Below are positions 25,542 through 37,491 of a stretch of DNA of 64,000 nt, in pieces. How positions within the stretch are numbered: position 1 is the first letter of the stretch; each line of letters opens with the position of its first letter. Origin of the DNA: Octopus sinensis (taxonomy: Eukaryota); NCBI RefSeq assembly GCF_006345805.1, contig NC_043000.1, positions 120,280,001-120,344,000 on the forward strand. The letters are read 5' to 3'. The notes below the pieces were generated by a model that saw nothing but the letters and a program-made list of their open reading frames with translations, ran no database searches and was not told the DNA's origin. Position numbers and translations under genes: made by a program.

Positions 25542-26012
25542 AATAATAATAATAATAACTTCAATTAACACAGCACCAAAGACATAATATTGAGAGTTGT
25601 AATTCCTAGGTTGTAATTCCATTACCCCCCCCCCCACACACACATGAACATTGTTTATGTTATATGAATATGAATTTAGTAACTTCGAGAGAACGTGAAG
25701 TAATTGGTTTATTAACAGTTCAACTCGATGTAGATGACGCCATAAATTAACTGCGACTTTTCCAAATATCACCTGCAAATTAAGATTATGTAATTATTGG
25801 CTTCCAGAAACAGCTGTGGAGACTAAAGCGACTCAGGTACTTGATTTAGTTACAATCTCGGCACTTTTTCTATCGGTATCGTCGTTGACTATGGAAGAAC
25901 ACGTCTGTTGTAGCCGTTCCCAAAACTCAGGGATACCTAGTTTTTAGTATGTAACTGTTTGTGATGAAGTCGTTATTAAAGCGACCACTGCTCCTGCATC
26001 TTGCAGCTCAAT

Positions 26013-26126
26013 TGCGACTGACCGGTGTCCCGACCAGGCGGGGAAACTTTACGCCAAGGAAACTGGGAAACCGGCCCTTATGAGCCAGTCGTGTCTCGAG
26101 AAGGAACAAACAGCAACAGCAACAAC
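26013..26126 (+). mobile_element. 3' fragment of SINE family C
   Basis: GAAACTGGGAAACCGGCCCTTATGAGCC...CTCGAGAAGGAACA matches the tail of the 32810-33068 element. Confidence 0.75.
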
Positions 26127-26260
26127 TCTAGATCAATTACATCTGGTTAATTATGCCTGCATTTTAAAGAGATTTTGCCAGGAACATTCTGCCTGTATTC
26201 TTTTATGATTTGAGTGACTAAGGTCTCAATATCACTGTAGCTTTTTCATATTTTTCTTAT

Positions 26261-26467
26261 CAAAACTTCCTACGTATTGCATTGCATATTGTTTTGGCTA
26301 TGACACTGTGCCGTATAGGTGGATAGTAATCTGATGACATTTTCGAGGAACAGCACATGACACGGTTTACATCTACGTTAATGCCACAGAATCTGGATCA
26401 GTTGTGACATGTAGCTACTTCACATGTTACTGGATTAGAGAAGGATATTCTTCAAAGTAAGCGTTAA
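26261..26467 (+). pseudogene. Possible decayed hAT transposase C-terminal dimerisation region
   Basis: QNFLRIALHIVLAMTLC ... FSR ... MTRFTSTLMPQNLDQL*HVATSHVTGLEKDILQSKR resembles the hAT dimerisation region; stops and indels are present. Confidence 0.4.
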
Positions 26468-27384
26468 AATATTGATCATTGATTCTAGATAGACAACTTT
26501 GATCATCGATCTTAATGTCACTTTGAAGATATTTGGAAACACAGATATGCATGACATTCGGTTGATAAACAGGAAGCCTTTCCCCTACCATTCTGTAAAT
26601 TCCCTGAGTGAGTATTCTGATCATCAACCAGGGATTAATTCCTTAGGAGATCCTTTCAGAATTGCATCATGCCGTTTGCCTTATATATGGAAGATTGATC
26701 CATGGATGTATTTCAACGCTTGATCATTAATCAATGTTATCGAAGGGATATGATCTGACATTCAAATGCTGTTTGAATCGATATTGAATTCCTGCCTCTT
26801 TACTTGCATTTTAAGTGTAGAAGACCAATATCACTATTGATGTGAACATTTCCGGTGGTGCTTAATAGCTATCAGGTTTTAACATCAATGGCCCCGCTTC
26901 TTATGTAGCCTCCCAAGTTTTGACATGACTACTAGAAAACCTACCACATTGCGGACCACCGATTTTACTGTATATACAGAGCTGTGAGAACCATATATTT
27001 TTATCCGTGTATTAATACTTGGGTACGTCTTCCTTGATAGAATTCCCATCATAATTTTCATCCATAACTAGGTACCTGTAGCATTAAGTAATAAAATGAA
27101 TAAGAATACTACATTGAACGTCCCGTGGGGAGTGGAAAATCCAACGTTTCGGACAGAGTGCTTTTTGCGGTCAAAATTGATAGGAGAGACATTAAAGAGA
27201 GGCTGATCATTCTGTCGTTAATTTCTTCCTGTTCAACTTTGGATTTTCACCATGGCAGGTTCACCGTGGTCTTTTCGTGTATTTTACTAAGTAATAGACG
27301 TCTTTCCTACGCAGACCAACACCAGTTTTTAGATTGTGTAACGTTCCTTGTTAGATATGGGAGAAATATATGACAATACATATA

Positions 27385-27456
27385 TACATACATACATACA
27401 TACATACATACATACATACATACATACATACATACATACATACATACATACATACA
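27385..27456. repeat. (TACA)n microsatellite
   Basis: Direct reading. Confidence 0.97.
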
Positions 27457-27479
27457 TGTTTTAGTAAGTAGGAAAGCAG

Positions 27480-28173
27480 ACAGGACCCTGGAATCTTGAG
27501 GAATACAGTCTTGTTCGATCTGAAAAAGGGGGTACTTGTAAATTCAATACGCTGTACCTAATGTGAGCTATGGACACATTAGGGATGTGGTGAAATCACA
27601 GGTAGACATACAGAAAGTAAGCCTCAACTGTAGCTAATGCATTGGAGTACTATGTGTTATGAACACACCAGTAAGAAATTCTCTTAAATGGTCAGATGTC
27701 TCACTAGAAGTGGTCGATAGCTGTTGCTACCCAAATAGATGCAATGAGCGTGCTCTGAAAGAATAGTAAACACGGTTAGAATTGCTTGGAAAATATTCAA
27801 AGATCTACTGCTGCTAGCATGGTCCTTTCCCCTCAGATTGTATGAGGCTTGTGTTACATCTGAGATGCTGCATAGTAGTGAAACAAAGGCCTAGAATGCA
27901 GATGAGGGGGAAGAAGTGAAACTAACATGCTCCGTTAGATATTTAATGTAAGTGGGCATGAACGACAAAGTACAAATGTGTTCAGAGAAAAAAAACTAGG
28001 TGCAGGAGTGGGTGTGTGGTAAGTAGCTTGCTTACAAACCACATGGTTTCGGGTTCAGTCCCACTGCGTGGCACCTTGGGCAAGTGTCTTCTACTATAGC
28101 CTCAGGCCGACCAAAGCTTGTGAGTGGATTTGGTAGACGGAAACTGAAAGAAGACCGACATATATATATATGT

Positions 28174-28208
<35 letters not shown>

Positions 28209-28640
28209 ACAACATCGCTTGACAACCGATGCTGGTGTGTTTACGTCCCCGTAACCTAGCTCTTCGGCAAAAAGAGACCGATAGAATAAGTGCTAGGCTT
28301 ACAACGAATAAGTCCCGGGATCGATTTGCTCGACTAAAGGCGGTGCTCCAGCACGGCCGCAGCCAAATGGCAGAACCAAATAAAGAATACGAAGAATCGG
28401 ATGTTGCATGCAAGGAAGAAGACTGCGCTGTAATTTTTTACGGATGAGAACGGCTGTATAAATAAGTGCCGATCACTTAATACGGAATGGAGCTTGCGAA
28501 AGAGAGAGAGAGAGAGAGACTCAGGAAGACTTGGGTCGAAGAGGTGAAGGTTGATCTCAGAACCTTGAATCTTAAGAAAACGATACAAAGGACGAGGATG
28601 GTTGGCGATATGAAGTTTCCGAGGAAACACACCCACGCCG
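27480..28640 (+). mobile_element. Decayed RTE-clade LINE 3' portion, interrupted by a SINE A insertion
   Basis: Translates SCSI*..NSIRCT*CELWTH*GC (Cys-rich insert), LEVVDSCCY, VRIAWKIFKDLL...LYEACVTSEMLHSSET, and after the SINE RKTWVEEVKVDLRTLNL; many stops. Confidence 0.78.
27999..28388 (+). mobile_element. SINE family A, full length, nested in the RTE remnant
   Basis: Family A head, body and tail are all present. Confidence 0.92.
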
Positions 28641-28704
28641 GCGAAACTGAAATTATGGAAGCACAATCTGTGCACACACACACACATACATGAGCACACA
28701 TACA

Positions 28705-28884
28705 TATCGCAGTTCGCGTATCACGCATTCACTACATCGCGGATTTTTCTGAAAATTTATATCGCGGACTACTCAGCATATTGCGGGTTACTGCGGCCAA
28801 TAGGTATTTATATTTTTTTAGATTTAATTATTTCTGTGGGAGGTTTTGGAACGTAACACCCGCGATAGTCGAGGGATTACTGTA
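28705..28884. mobile_element. Tigger/pogo-type MITE with truncated left TIR
   Basis: Right end CCCGCGATAGTCGAGGGATTACTG|TA reverse-complements to TA|CAGTAATCCCTCGACTATCGCGGG, a Tigger-like TIR with TA target. Only TATCGCAG remains on the left. Confidence 0.7.
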
Positions 28885-29035
28885 TATATAGGTGTAAAAA
28901 GTTAAAAAAAATTCTTACTTTACTGTCATTTTTATACTCCATGTAAATATAAATTTATTTGTCAATATATATATACATAAATATCTATATGCTTGTACAT
29001 ATGTGTTTATCTTCTGAATATATTTAGGTTTTGTT

Positions 29036-29075
<40 letters not shown>

Positions 29076-29220
29076 AAAGTAGAAAATGGAGAAATATATC
29101 TAAATCAATCATCAACCATCAGATAATACCCAATCAATACTTTATTAAGCCATTACACAATAGCAATGATATTAAACATTAATATAGTACAAACATAACG
29201 AGACATAGAAATAGAAATAC

Positions 29221-29327
29221 ATTTGTTGTCTCGAGGTTGTATCGTCCCTAAATTGGTAGAGGGGGAAAATCCTGAAGCCTGGTGTTTTGTTGTTGGCGAG
29301 GGACGATACAACCTCGAAACAACGAAT
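29221..29327. other. 29-bp inverted repeat (27/29) with 49-bp spacer
   Basis: ATTTGTTGTCTCGAGGTTGTATCGTCCCT (29221-29249) versus AGGGACGATACAACCTCGAAACAACGAAT (29299-29327). Confidence 0.9.
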
Positions 29328-30149
29328 AAGTAAAGAAACTCTCTTTATTACAAAATACAGGCCACTTCTTAACGGGTCTACGACAAACGATTAATATACC
29401 TCAACTTTAGAATAAAAGAAATACACACACACATATTACATTCCAAAGAATCCATTACTAATCAGCCCCAATCACAGCTATAATCCATAACATGCCAACT
29501 TCAAGTCATACAACACCTCACTACTTTCACCCATTCATATTCTCCCTTCTCTGTTTTCTTCTTCTTCCTCTTCTTCTTCATCATCATCATTATCATCATC
29601 ATCGTCGTCATCATCATCACCACCATCATCATCATCATCTTCTTCTTCTCCTTCTTCTTCTTCTTCATCATCATCATCATCATCAACATCGTCATCTTCT
29701 TCTTCTTCTTCTGCTCCACCTTCTACCTCTTAACTTTATCACTAATACTTTTTAGTAAAACACCTACGCAAATTCCATAAACAAACCTCTCAATAGAAAT
29801 ATTCTCCTGAATTGAACTGCAACTGCTAGCCGTCACTGACCATTCAAAATACAACAATCAAGGCACTCCCAAATTTGTCCACCCCCTCTCCTCATCAGCC
29901 TTCTTCTTCTACCCTACCAAGAATTCACAACGGCCTCGAACACACAAGTGCAAACAAGGGGGTCAGAGAAAGGCAGAATGCCACTTATACTTGAACACTA
30001 TACAAATATTCCTTTAAAAAAACTTTTCTTCTAATTTTTCTAAATTTAATTATTTAATCGTTACAGTTGAAAAGGTCTCAAAATGACCGGAACCGGTACT
30101 GAAATGTTCTTTATAAAATTATTTTAGCATTTTCTATTTTGACTTGTTT

Positions 30150-30253
<104 letters not shown>

Positions 30254-30933
30254 ATATATATATATAAGTATATATATATATGGAAGCTAAGTTGGGTACT
30301 CCTACTTCATTGCCCGTTTCAAGACGTTCCAGCCAACCGCCATTTTTCTAACTGCTTTATTTAACTGCTGCAATTAAATGTGATGAAATCTGTATGCTGC
30401 ATCACCTTTTTCTCGATACCACTTCTTACTATCCTGAATCATTCCCCTTGTTATCAATTTTACATTCTTAATACTGACCTCTCCACCTTTATCCGCCACG
30501 AAATTACCTTCTCCACCACCATACGTACCCCATTGCCCTATTCACTAAGCTTCCTCCACTCTCTTAAAACCTACACGACCACACCCTATCGCCCCCTTTT
30601 TTCCCTCTCATCTTCTCATTCTTTCTTGCCTGTTATATTATCATTAATATTATTGTTGTTTTTATTGCTATTTTACCGCCATTCACTCGTCTTTTTTCCG
30701 CATCGTCAATAATCGTCTTTTCCCAGCCTTCCCCCAACTCGTATGTATCCGTAGCCACCACTCAGCCTTAACTAATGTTTCTGTAGTTGTCACCTACTCT
30801 TCCCTCTTTCCCAACTTCCGTAACTTCCACATATATCTCTTGACCCCTGTTCTTCATTACGTTCATCTCACCTATTCTGTATCTCTACCTATCACTCCCT
30901 CTCCCATACACAGCACATAGTCGTATTAATACA

Positions 30934-30965
<32 letters not shown>

Positions 30966-31476
30966 TAATAGTAGTAGTAGTAGCAACAACAAAAGCTGCA
31001 AGAATATCAGCTTAATCAGTCTAATACCAATAAACAGTAAAATGGTCTACTCAGAAACAAATTAGTACTTTTCAAGCCAAGAAATCCAATGTCACTTATT
31101 AACTTCCTATAGGTTGTTGCCGGAAGTAACAAAATATAAGCTCATACACACACACACACACACATACACACACACACACACACACACATACACACGCACA
31201 TACACATACATATACATACATACATACATACATAGGCGAACACAGTCAGATCACACGCATGCACGCGCACTCACGTACACATATGTTCATATATATATAT
31301 GATTGTACGTGCGTATGTATACATGCATACATACGCACAGACTAACAACCACACACACAGACACACACAATTATTTGTAAATATTATATATATATACACG
31401 CATATATATGCACACATGCATATACGTGTGTATATATCTCTCACTTTCTGTACACACATACACATATATATACACG

Positions 31477-31514
<38 letters not shown>

Positions 31515-31613
31515 TATATATATATAATATATATATATATATACATATATGTATATACATACATACATATATGTATTCATATGTATGTGTATATACATCT
31601 ATATGTATTATAC

Positions 31614-31654
<41 letters not shown>

Positions 31655-31999
31655 GATATACATGTATATGTATTTATACATATAAATATATATGCTCACA
31701 TATATACACATACACACATACAAAGAGATGCATATACATACACGCGCCCATACATATACAGATAAGACGAATACTGTTGTATTGAATAGCACTCAAGGTA
31801 AATTCTCGATGTATTAAAACTAACTCCACTTCTACAGAAGAGGAATTAATGTCAAGGTTTAAGAATTTACCAAAATCGTCATGCCATTAAGGAATTCCTG
31901 ATTCTTGTCAATTGGATTGTTTTACCTTCTCTGATAGCGGAAATAGTTTCGATAAATAAGGAATTTATTTTGTATCGTATTAAATAGAACTTTACAAAA

Positions 32000-32683
32000 G
32001 GCGGCAAGCTGGCAGAATCGTTTGCACGCTGGGCGAAATACTTAGCGGTATTTTGTCTGCCGCCACGTTCCGAATTCAAATTCCACCGTGGTCGACTTTG
32101 CCTTTCATCCTTTCGGGGGTCGATAAATGAAGCGCCAGTTACGCACTGGGGTCGATGTAATCGACTTAATCCTTTTGTTTGTCCTTCTTTGTCCTCTATG
32201 TGTTTAGCTCCTTGTGGGTGGTAAAAAAAATAGGTATTTCATCTGCCGCTACGTTCTGAGTTCAAATTCCGCTGAGGTCGACTTTGCCTTTCATCCTTTC
32301 GGGGGTCGATAAATTAAGTGCCAGTTATGCACTGGGGTCGATATAATCGGCTTAATCCGTCTGTCTGTCCTTGTTTGTCCCTTCTGTATTTAGCCCCTTG
32401 TGGGTAGTAAAGAAATAGGTATTTCCTCTTTCTTTACATTTTAAGTTCAAATTCCGCCGAGGTCGACTTTGCCTTTCAGCCTTTCGGGGTCGATTAAATA
32501 GGTACCAGTTACGCACTTAATCCGTTTGTAGGTATTTCGGCTGCCGTTACGTTCTGAGTTCATATTCCGCCGAGGTCAACTTTGCCTTTTATCGTTTGGA
32601 GGTCGATAAATTAAGTACCAGTACTATTCGACTGGCCCCCTACCCCAAGATTTCGGGCCTTGTGCCTAGAGTAGAAAAGATTA
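32000..32683 (+). mobile_element. SINE family B tetramer ending in the type-2 tail
   Basis: Head plus modules re-entering at GGTATTTC; last module ends CTGGCCCCCTACCCCAAGATTTCGGGCCTTGTGCCTAGAGTAGAAAAG. Confidence 0.92.
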
Positions 32684-32809
32684 AATAGAACTTTACTACT
32701 AATTTTTGATGCTCAGATACACGCCTCAGTAAGTTACTTCTCGTCCGTGTCTCAGTCACCGGAGTGCGCTCATGCTGCAGCATCGACTTGAAGAATTTAA
32801 AATGAAAAA

Positions 32810-33068
32810 AATAATAAATGTTCCTTCTCGAGCCATGCCAGGCTCATAAGGGCCGGTTTCCCGGTTTCAGTGGCGTAGAAATTCCCCACGTGGACGGGAC
32901 GTCTGTCCATCGCAGGATTACTCATTTTTGCCAGCTGAGTGGACTGGAGCAAGGTGAAATGAAGTGCTTTGCTCAAGAAAACACAACGCATCGCCCAGTC
33001 CAGGTATCGAAACCACAACCTTACGATCATGAGTTCAACACCCTAACCACTAAGCCACGCCCCTCCGC
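32810..33068 (-). mobile_element. tRNA-derived SINE family C with Meta/V-domain-like central blocks
   Basis: Head GGCGTGGCTTAGTGGTTAGGGTGTTGAACTC...GGTTTCGATACC, body TTGAGCAAAGCACTT...GCTCCAGTCCACTCAGCTG..AAAATGAGTAA then CCTGCGATGGAC..CCCGTCCA. The domain naming is by resemblance. Confidence 0.8.
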
Positions 33069-33740
33069 TTGAAGAGTTTTAGTTGAAAGATTTGACTCTA
33101 TTACTTATGTTTTTAAATTAAGCTTTATACCTATTCGATCGGTCTCTTTTATTGAACGGGGATGTAAACACACCTCTACCGGTTGTTGAGTGGTGGAGGA
33201 CAAAGAGACACCCACATAGATGTACATACCAGAAGTTTATCATTTAAATACACATGAGCATGTATAAATATGCAAATATATGCATGAGAAGACACATAAA
33301 GCAAAACATACAAATCTGCACGTATACATATATACGTACATACATACATACATATATACATACATATATACATACATGCATGCATGCATGCATACATACA
33401 TACATACATACATACATAACACGCTGCCTAAATATCAATCTTTGAGAAATTAGGCTTCTCAAAACCAGAAAGGGGAAAGTTAATTCGAAGACTTCAGATC
33501 CAATCCATCACTGGAACTGTAAAAATCTGTAAATGTTTATTGAAATATACGAGCTTGGCTAGATGTACAATTATATGCATGCAATACATACAAATTTGCA
33601 CATATGTATACATACATTCATACATATATACAAACAAAAACACCCCGTTGTTGATGTTGAAATTCCAATGAAGGAGCCTTGGATCTTAAATTAGAAACCG
33701 GCCCTTTATTGACAAGGAATCTTGAAATAAAACCGAATGA

Positions 33741-33788
<48 letters not shown>

Positions 33789-33809
33789 ACACACATACAC
33801 ACACACACG

Positions 33810-33879
<70 letters not shown>

Positions 33880-33982
33880 CGCAGTACGTCTTTCAGTTTT
33901 TGTGTACTTGGAAGTGTGTATGGCGACTCAGGAAAAGCAGCAGAAAATTCGGTGTTATTTTCTGCTCTTATCACCTGCAACA

Positions 33983-34126
33983 TCATCTACCAACCAACGG
34001 ACATATTTTGTAGGGTAATACAATATATGTGTTTAAGCCTGATGCCATATCTGTGCCTGATGAAGTAGAGATACTGTATGAGTTTGTGCTTGCACGCGAT
34101 TCCAGCGAGAGCGTTGCAACTGCTAT
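33983..34126 (-). CDS. Candidate terminal coding exon of an unidentified minus-strand gene (IAVATLSLESRASTNSYSISTSSGTDMASG...VGR*)
   Basis: TTATTTCTGCAG acceptor and 47 open codons in phase 0, compatible with the 35470-35644 exon. The antisense frame is also open, so strand is uncertain. Confidence 0.25.
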   Translation of the reverse strand: MAVATLSLESRASTNSYSISTSSGTDMASGLNTYIVLPYKICPLVGR

Positions 34127-34173
34127 CTGCAGAAATAACTTGGTTTATATAGCAGTATAGTTACTACCTATTT

Positions 34174-34590
34174 AAGGCGGTGAGCTGTCAGAATCATTAG
34201 GACGCCGGATGAAATGCTTAGCAGTGTTTTGTCAGTCTTTGCGTTCTGAGTTCAAATTCCGCCGAGGTCGTCTTTGCCTTTCATCCTTACGGGGTCGATT
34301 AAATATGTACCAGTAACGCACTGGGGTCGATATAATCGACTTAATCCGTTTTTCTGTTCTTGTTTGTCCTCTTTGTGTTTAGCTACTTGTGGTTAGTAAA
34401 GAAATAGGTATTTCGTTTGCCGCTACGTTCTGAGTTCAAATTCCGCCGAGGTCGACTTTGCCTTTCATCCTTTCGGGGTCGATTAAATAAGTACCAGTTA
34501 CGCACTGGGGTCGATATAATCGACTTAATCCGTTTTTCTGTCCTTGTTTGTCTCCTCTGTGTTTAGCCCCTTGTGGATAGTAAAGAAATA
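34174..34590 (+). mobile_element. SINE family B dimer
   Basis: Head plus two core/type-1-tail modules. Confidence 0.92.
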
Positions 34591-35229
34591 TATACCAGTA
34601 CATTTACTACCTATTCTTCTTTGCAGGCTGCTGTTGCATTTGGACGTATATTTTGGTTTATTCTTAGGAGTTAAACTTGCTCTATTCTAATTATAAAGAT
34701 TGCTGATACAACATTTATTAAAACTTATCCTTCCTACGTTGTCTTCTTTCATTTTGTGCTCATTGGTTATATGTTATAAACATAGCATTGTTTCCGGCGC
34801 AGCTGTAACTTATATTTACATTATTTTTGATTAATTATTTCTTGTATTTGTGCTTGGGAAAATGCTTTGCGTATCTATGTTAAGAAGCTGCTGGCTATGA
34901 AAGACGATGCAACTTTTATACGGAACATATTGCTTTTCTGTTGATATTTTTGCTGGTTTGTACGTTGTGGTTATTTTGTATATGCTGTTTTGTTGCATAT
35001 AAAAGATATAAATATAAAAGATTACTATCATAATTATAGAAAATCCTAGAACAATTCAATGATTCAATGATTCTCTGTCGGATGACAACTGTTAGGACGT
35101 TGATTATATTTTAAGATTGTAGGGTGACGGTTAAATGTCTGCTGATTCCTTTATTTATTAGCTTTGTAGAGGTAACATTTTTAATTTGCTGGTCAGGAGA
35201 AAATACAAGACCCGTGATGTTAGAGCTTG

Positions 35230-35310
35230 GTGGAAAGAGAACTGACTTGAAGGTTAGTGGAAAGAGAACTGACTTGAAGGTTAGTGGAAAGAGAACTGAC
35301 TTGAAGTTTA
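35230..35310 (+). repeat. 27-bp tandem repeat x3 (GTGGAAAGAGAACTGACTTGAAGGTTA), translating (S/G)GKRTDLKV in ORF 35124..35384
   Basis: Direct reading; the third copy has one substitution. Confidence 0.95.
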
Positions 35311-35469
35311 GCAACAAAACGGACCCCGCTGTAGGCACTTTCGGTTATCAAGGAGCCAGACGGCGAAATAAGTCTACCCCCTAATCAGAGCATAGCGGAA
35401 TTTGAACTCAGAACACAAAGAACCGGAACAGATACCGCAAGGCATACGGATCAATGTTCTTAAACTTAC

Positions 35470-35644
35470 GTCAACCCTCCGCACTGAATTAGTATTTTTT
35501 ATCGTCCTCGTAAAAAATGAAATCTTTCCTATCCTATCTCTTGATCGTGTGGTCGTTGGGGCATTTGCTGATGACGTCCCGCTATTTTTCTCAACTTCTT
35601 CGGTCTTCTGCTGCCTTCTGGGATTCGGCAAAATTGAGGCATGT
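35470..35644 (-). CDS. Candidate internal coding exon (175 nt, HASILPNPRRQQKTEEVEKNSGTSSANAPTTTRSRDRIGKISFFTRTIKNTNSVRRVD)
   Basis: Strong acceptor TTTTCCTTTCATTCTTTCTTTGATAG and consensus donor GTAAGT. Exactly one frame is open across it, and the sequence is non-repetitive with higher GC. Confidence 0.45.
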
Positions 35645-35938
35645 CTATCAAAGAAAGAATGAAAGGAAAAATTAACCATGTCGGAATTCGAACTCAGATG
35701 CAGGAATTAGAACAAACACTACAGAGCATTTTACCCGACGTTATTCTGATTTAAAATAAAACCTTAGATCTTTACAGTCTTTATAATAGAGCTGACAGCG
35801 ACTTTTAAATGAGATTCTCTAAAATTCAGTTAAAACTTTTCTAAATTTATCTTGATAATTGCTATTAGTGGGGAGTGATGGTATAAATTACTAGATTTTT
35901 ATCACTATAATACGTATGTCTAGACAATTGAATTTATT

Positions 35939-36208
35939 TCAGAGCGTTAGTACGATATACAAGCACACAACTTGCTCATGTTGAATTTCATGTGGATCCC
36001 ATGGAGACATTATTTCCCCCTTTGCTTTCAAACTAGCCAGCAGCAGATTGGTTACTCCCATACGGTAGAATTTTACGCGTTGCGCAAAACAAATATTTAC
36101 TATACATAGCTCACTACACAGCAACAGCAACCCAACTGAACAGATCAATGACGATTGGATGAAAACTTGAGACAATTTGAATCCATTTGTTGAGAACTGA
36201 TTATCGTC
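35939..36208 (-). CDS. Candidate exon encoding a hydrophobic, possibly transmembrane segment (DDNQFSTNGFKLSQVFIQSSLICSVGLLLLCSELCIVNICF...); 3' boundary unresolved
   Basis: Long polypyrimidine acceptor CTCTCTGCCGACTTCCCATTTCCTTATTGCAG, with the frame open to 35939. Several possible donors, none clearly phase-compatible with the next exon. Confidence 0.3.
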   Translation of the reverse strand, partial: DDNQFSTNGFKLSQVFIQSSLICSVGLLLLCSELCIVNICFAQRVKFYRMGVTNLLLASLKAKGEIMSPWDPHEIQHEQVVCLYIVLTL

Positions 36209-36265
36209 CTGCAATAAGGAAATGGGAAGTCGGCAGAGAGTCCGAGAGAAGGTTCAATTTCGAAT

Positions 36266-36619
36266 ACTCTTTACTCTTTTACTTGTTTCAGTCATTTGAC
36301 TGTGGACATGCAGGAGTACTGCCTTTACTCGAGCAAATCGACCCCAGGGCTTAGTCTTTGTAAGTCTAGTACTTATTCTATCGGTCTCTTTTGACGAACC
36401 GTTCTGCTACGGGGACGTAAACACACCCCCATCGGTTGTCAAGCAATGCTGGGGGAACAAACACAAACGGGCTTCTTTCAGTTTCCGTCTACCAAATCCA
36501 CTCACAAGGCTTTGGTCGACCCGAGGCTATAGTAGAAGACACTCTCCAAAGGTGCTACGCAGTGGGACTGAACCCGGAACCATGTAGTTCGTAAGCAAGC
36601 TACTTACCACTCTTACGCC

Positions 36620-36620
<1 letters not shown>
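36266..36620 (-). mobile_element. SINE family A, full length, lacking the internal microsatellite
   Basis: Tail (AAAGAGT)n through head ...GGCGTAAGAGTGG in reverse. Confidence 0.9.
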
Positions 36621-36653
<33 letters not shown>

Positions 36654-36661
36654 TAAAAGAT

Positions 36662-37205
36662 TATATTCTTTTACTTATCGCAGTCATTTGACTGCGACTA
36701 TGCTGGAGCACCGCCTTTAGTTGAATAAATCAATCCCAGGACTTATTTCTTTATTGGCTTAGTACTTATTCTATCGGTCTCTTTTGCCGAACCGCTATTT
36801 TGCCGAACCAACAATTGATTAAAACAGAATGCAAGAAAATCACCAATAATACAAGAGCCAACAGAACCAGTAACACATTTAAACAAAACACGGCAACGTA
36901 TAATATTACAGTACTTATTCTGTTTGCCATTTTTGCCGAACCGCTAAGTTAATGGAACGTAAACAAACCAGCATGGATTGTCAAGCTATGGTTGGGGGGG
37001 TCAAATACAGACTCAAACACACACACATACACACATATACATACATATATATGACGGGCTTCTTTCAGTTTCCGTCTACATAATCCACCCACAACACTTT
37101 GGCCGGTCCAAGGCCAAATACAGAAGACACTGGTCCAAAGTGCCATGTAATAGGACTGAAACCGGAATCTTGTGGTTGGGAAGCTAGCTTCTTACCCTAC
37201 AGCCA
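36662..37205 (-). mobile_element. SINE family A carrying a ~103-bp foreign insertion (36808-36910)
   Basis: Family A sequence is interrupted after TTTGCCGAACC and resumes with a repeated GTACTTATTCT...TTTGCCGAACCGCT. Confidence 0.85.
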
Positions 37206-37256
37206 CACTAACAAGCAAGTGTATTAGTTTGACGCTCGGGAAGGTGAGAAACTCTT

Positions 37257-37491
37257 AAGCCGGTGAGCTGGCAGAAACGTTAGCGCGCCGGGCGAAATGC
37301 GTAGCCGTATTTCGTCTGCCATTACGTTCTGAGTTCAAATTCCGCCGAGGTCGACTTTCATCCTTTCGGGGTCGATAAATAAAGTACCAGTCTCGCACTG
37401 GGGTCGATATAATCGACTTCATCCGTTTGTCTGTCCTTGTTTGTCCCCCTCTGTTTAGCCCCTTGTGGGTAGTAAAGAAATATATATATAT
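37257..37491 (+). mobile_element. SINE family B monomer
   Basis: Head, core and type-1 tail. Confidence 0.92.

Noticed and set aside
27130-27360. TGTCCGAAACGTTGG (minus strand) as a third hammerhead in a PLE remnant
   Set aside because: Only the GAAACGUU half is present, there is no CUGANGA, and the protein similarity is too weak to call.
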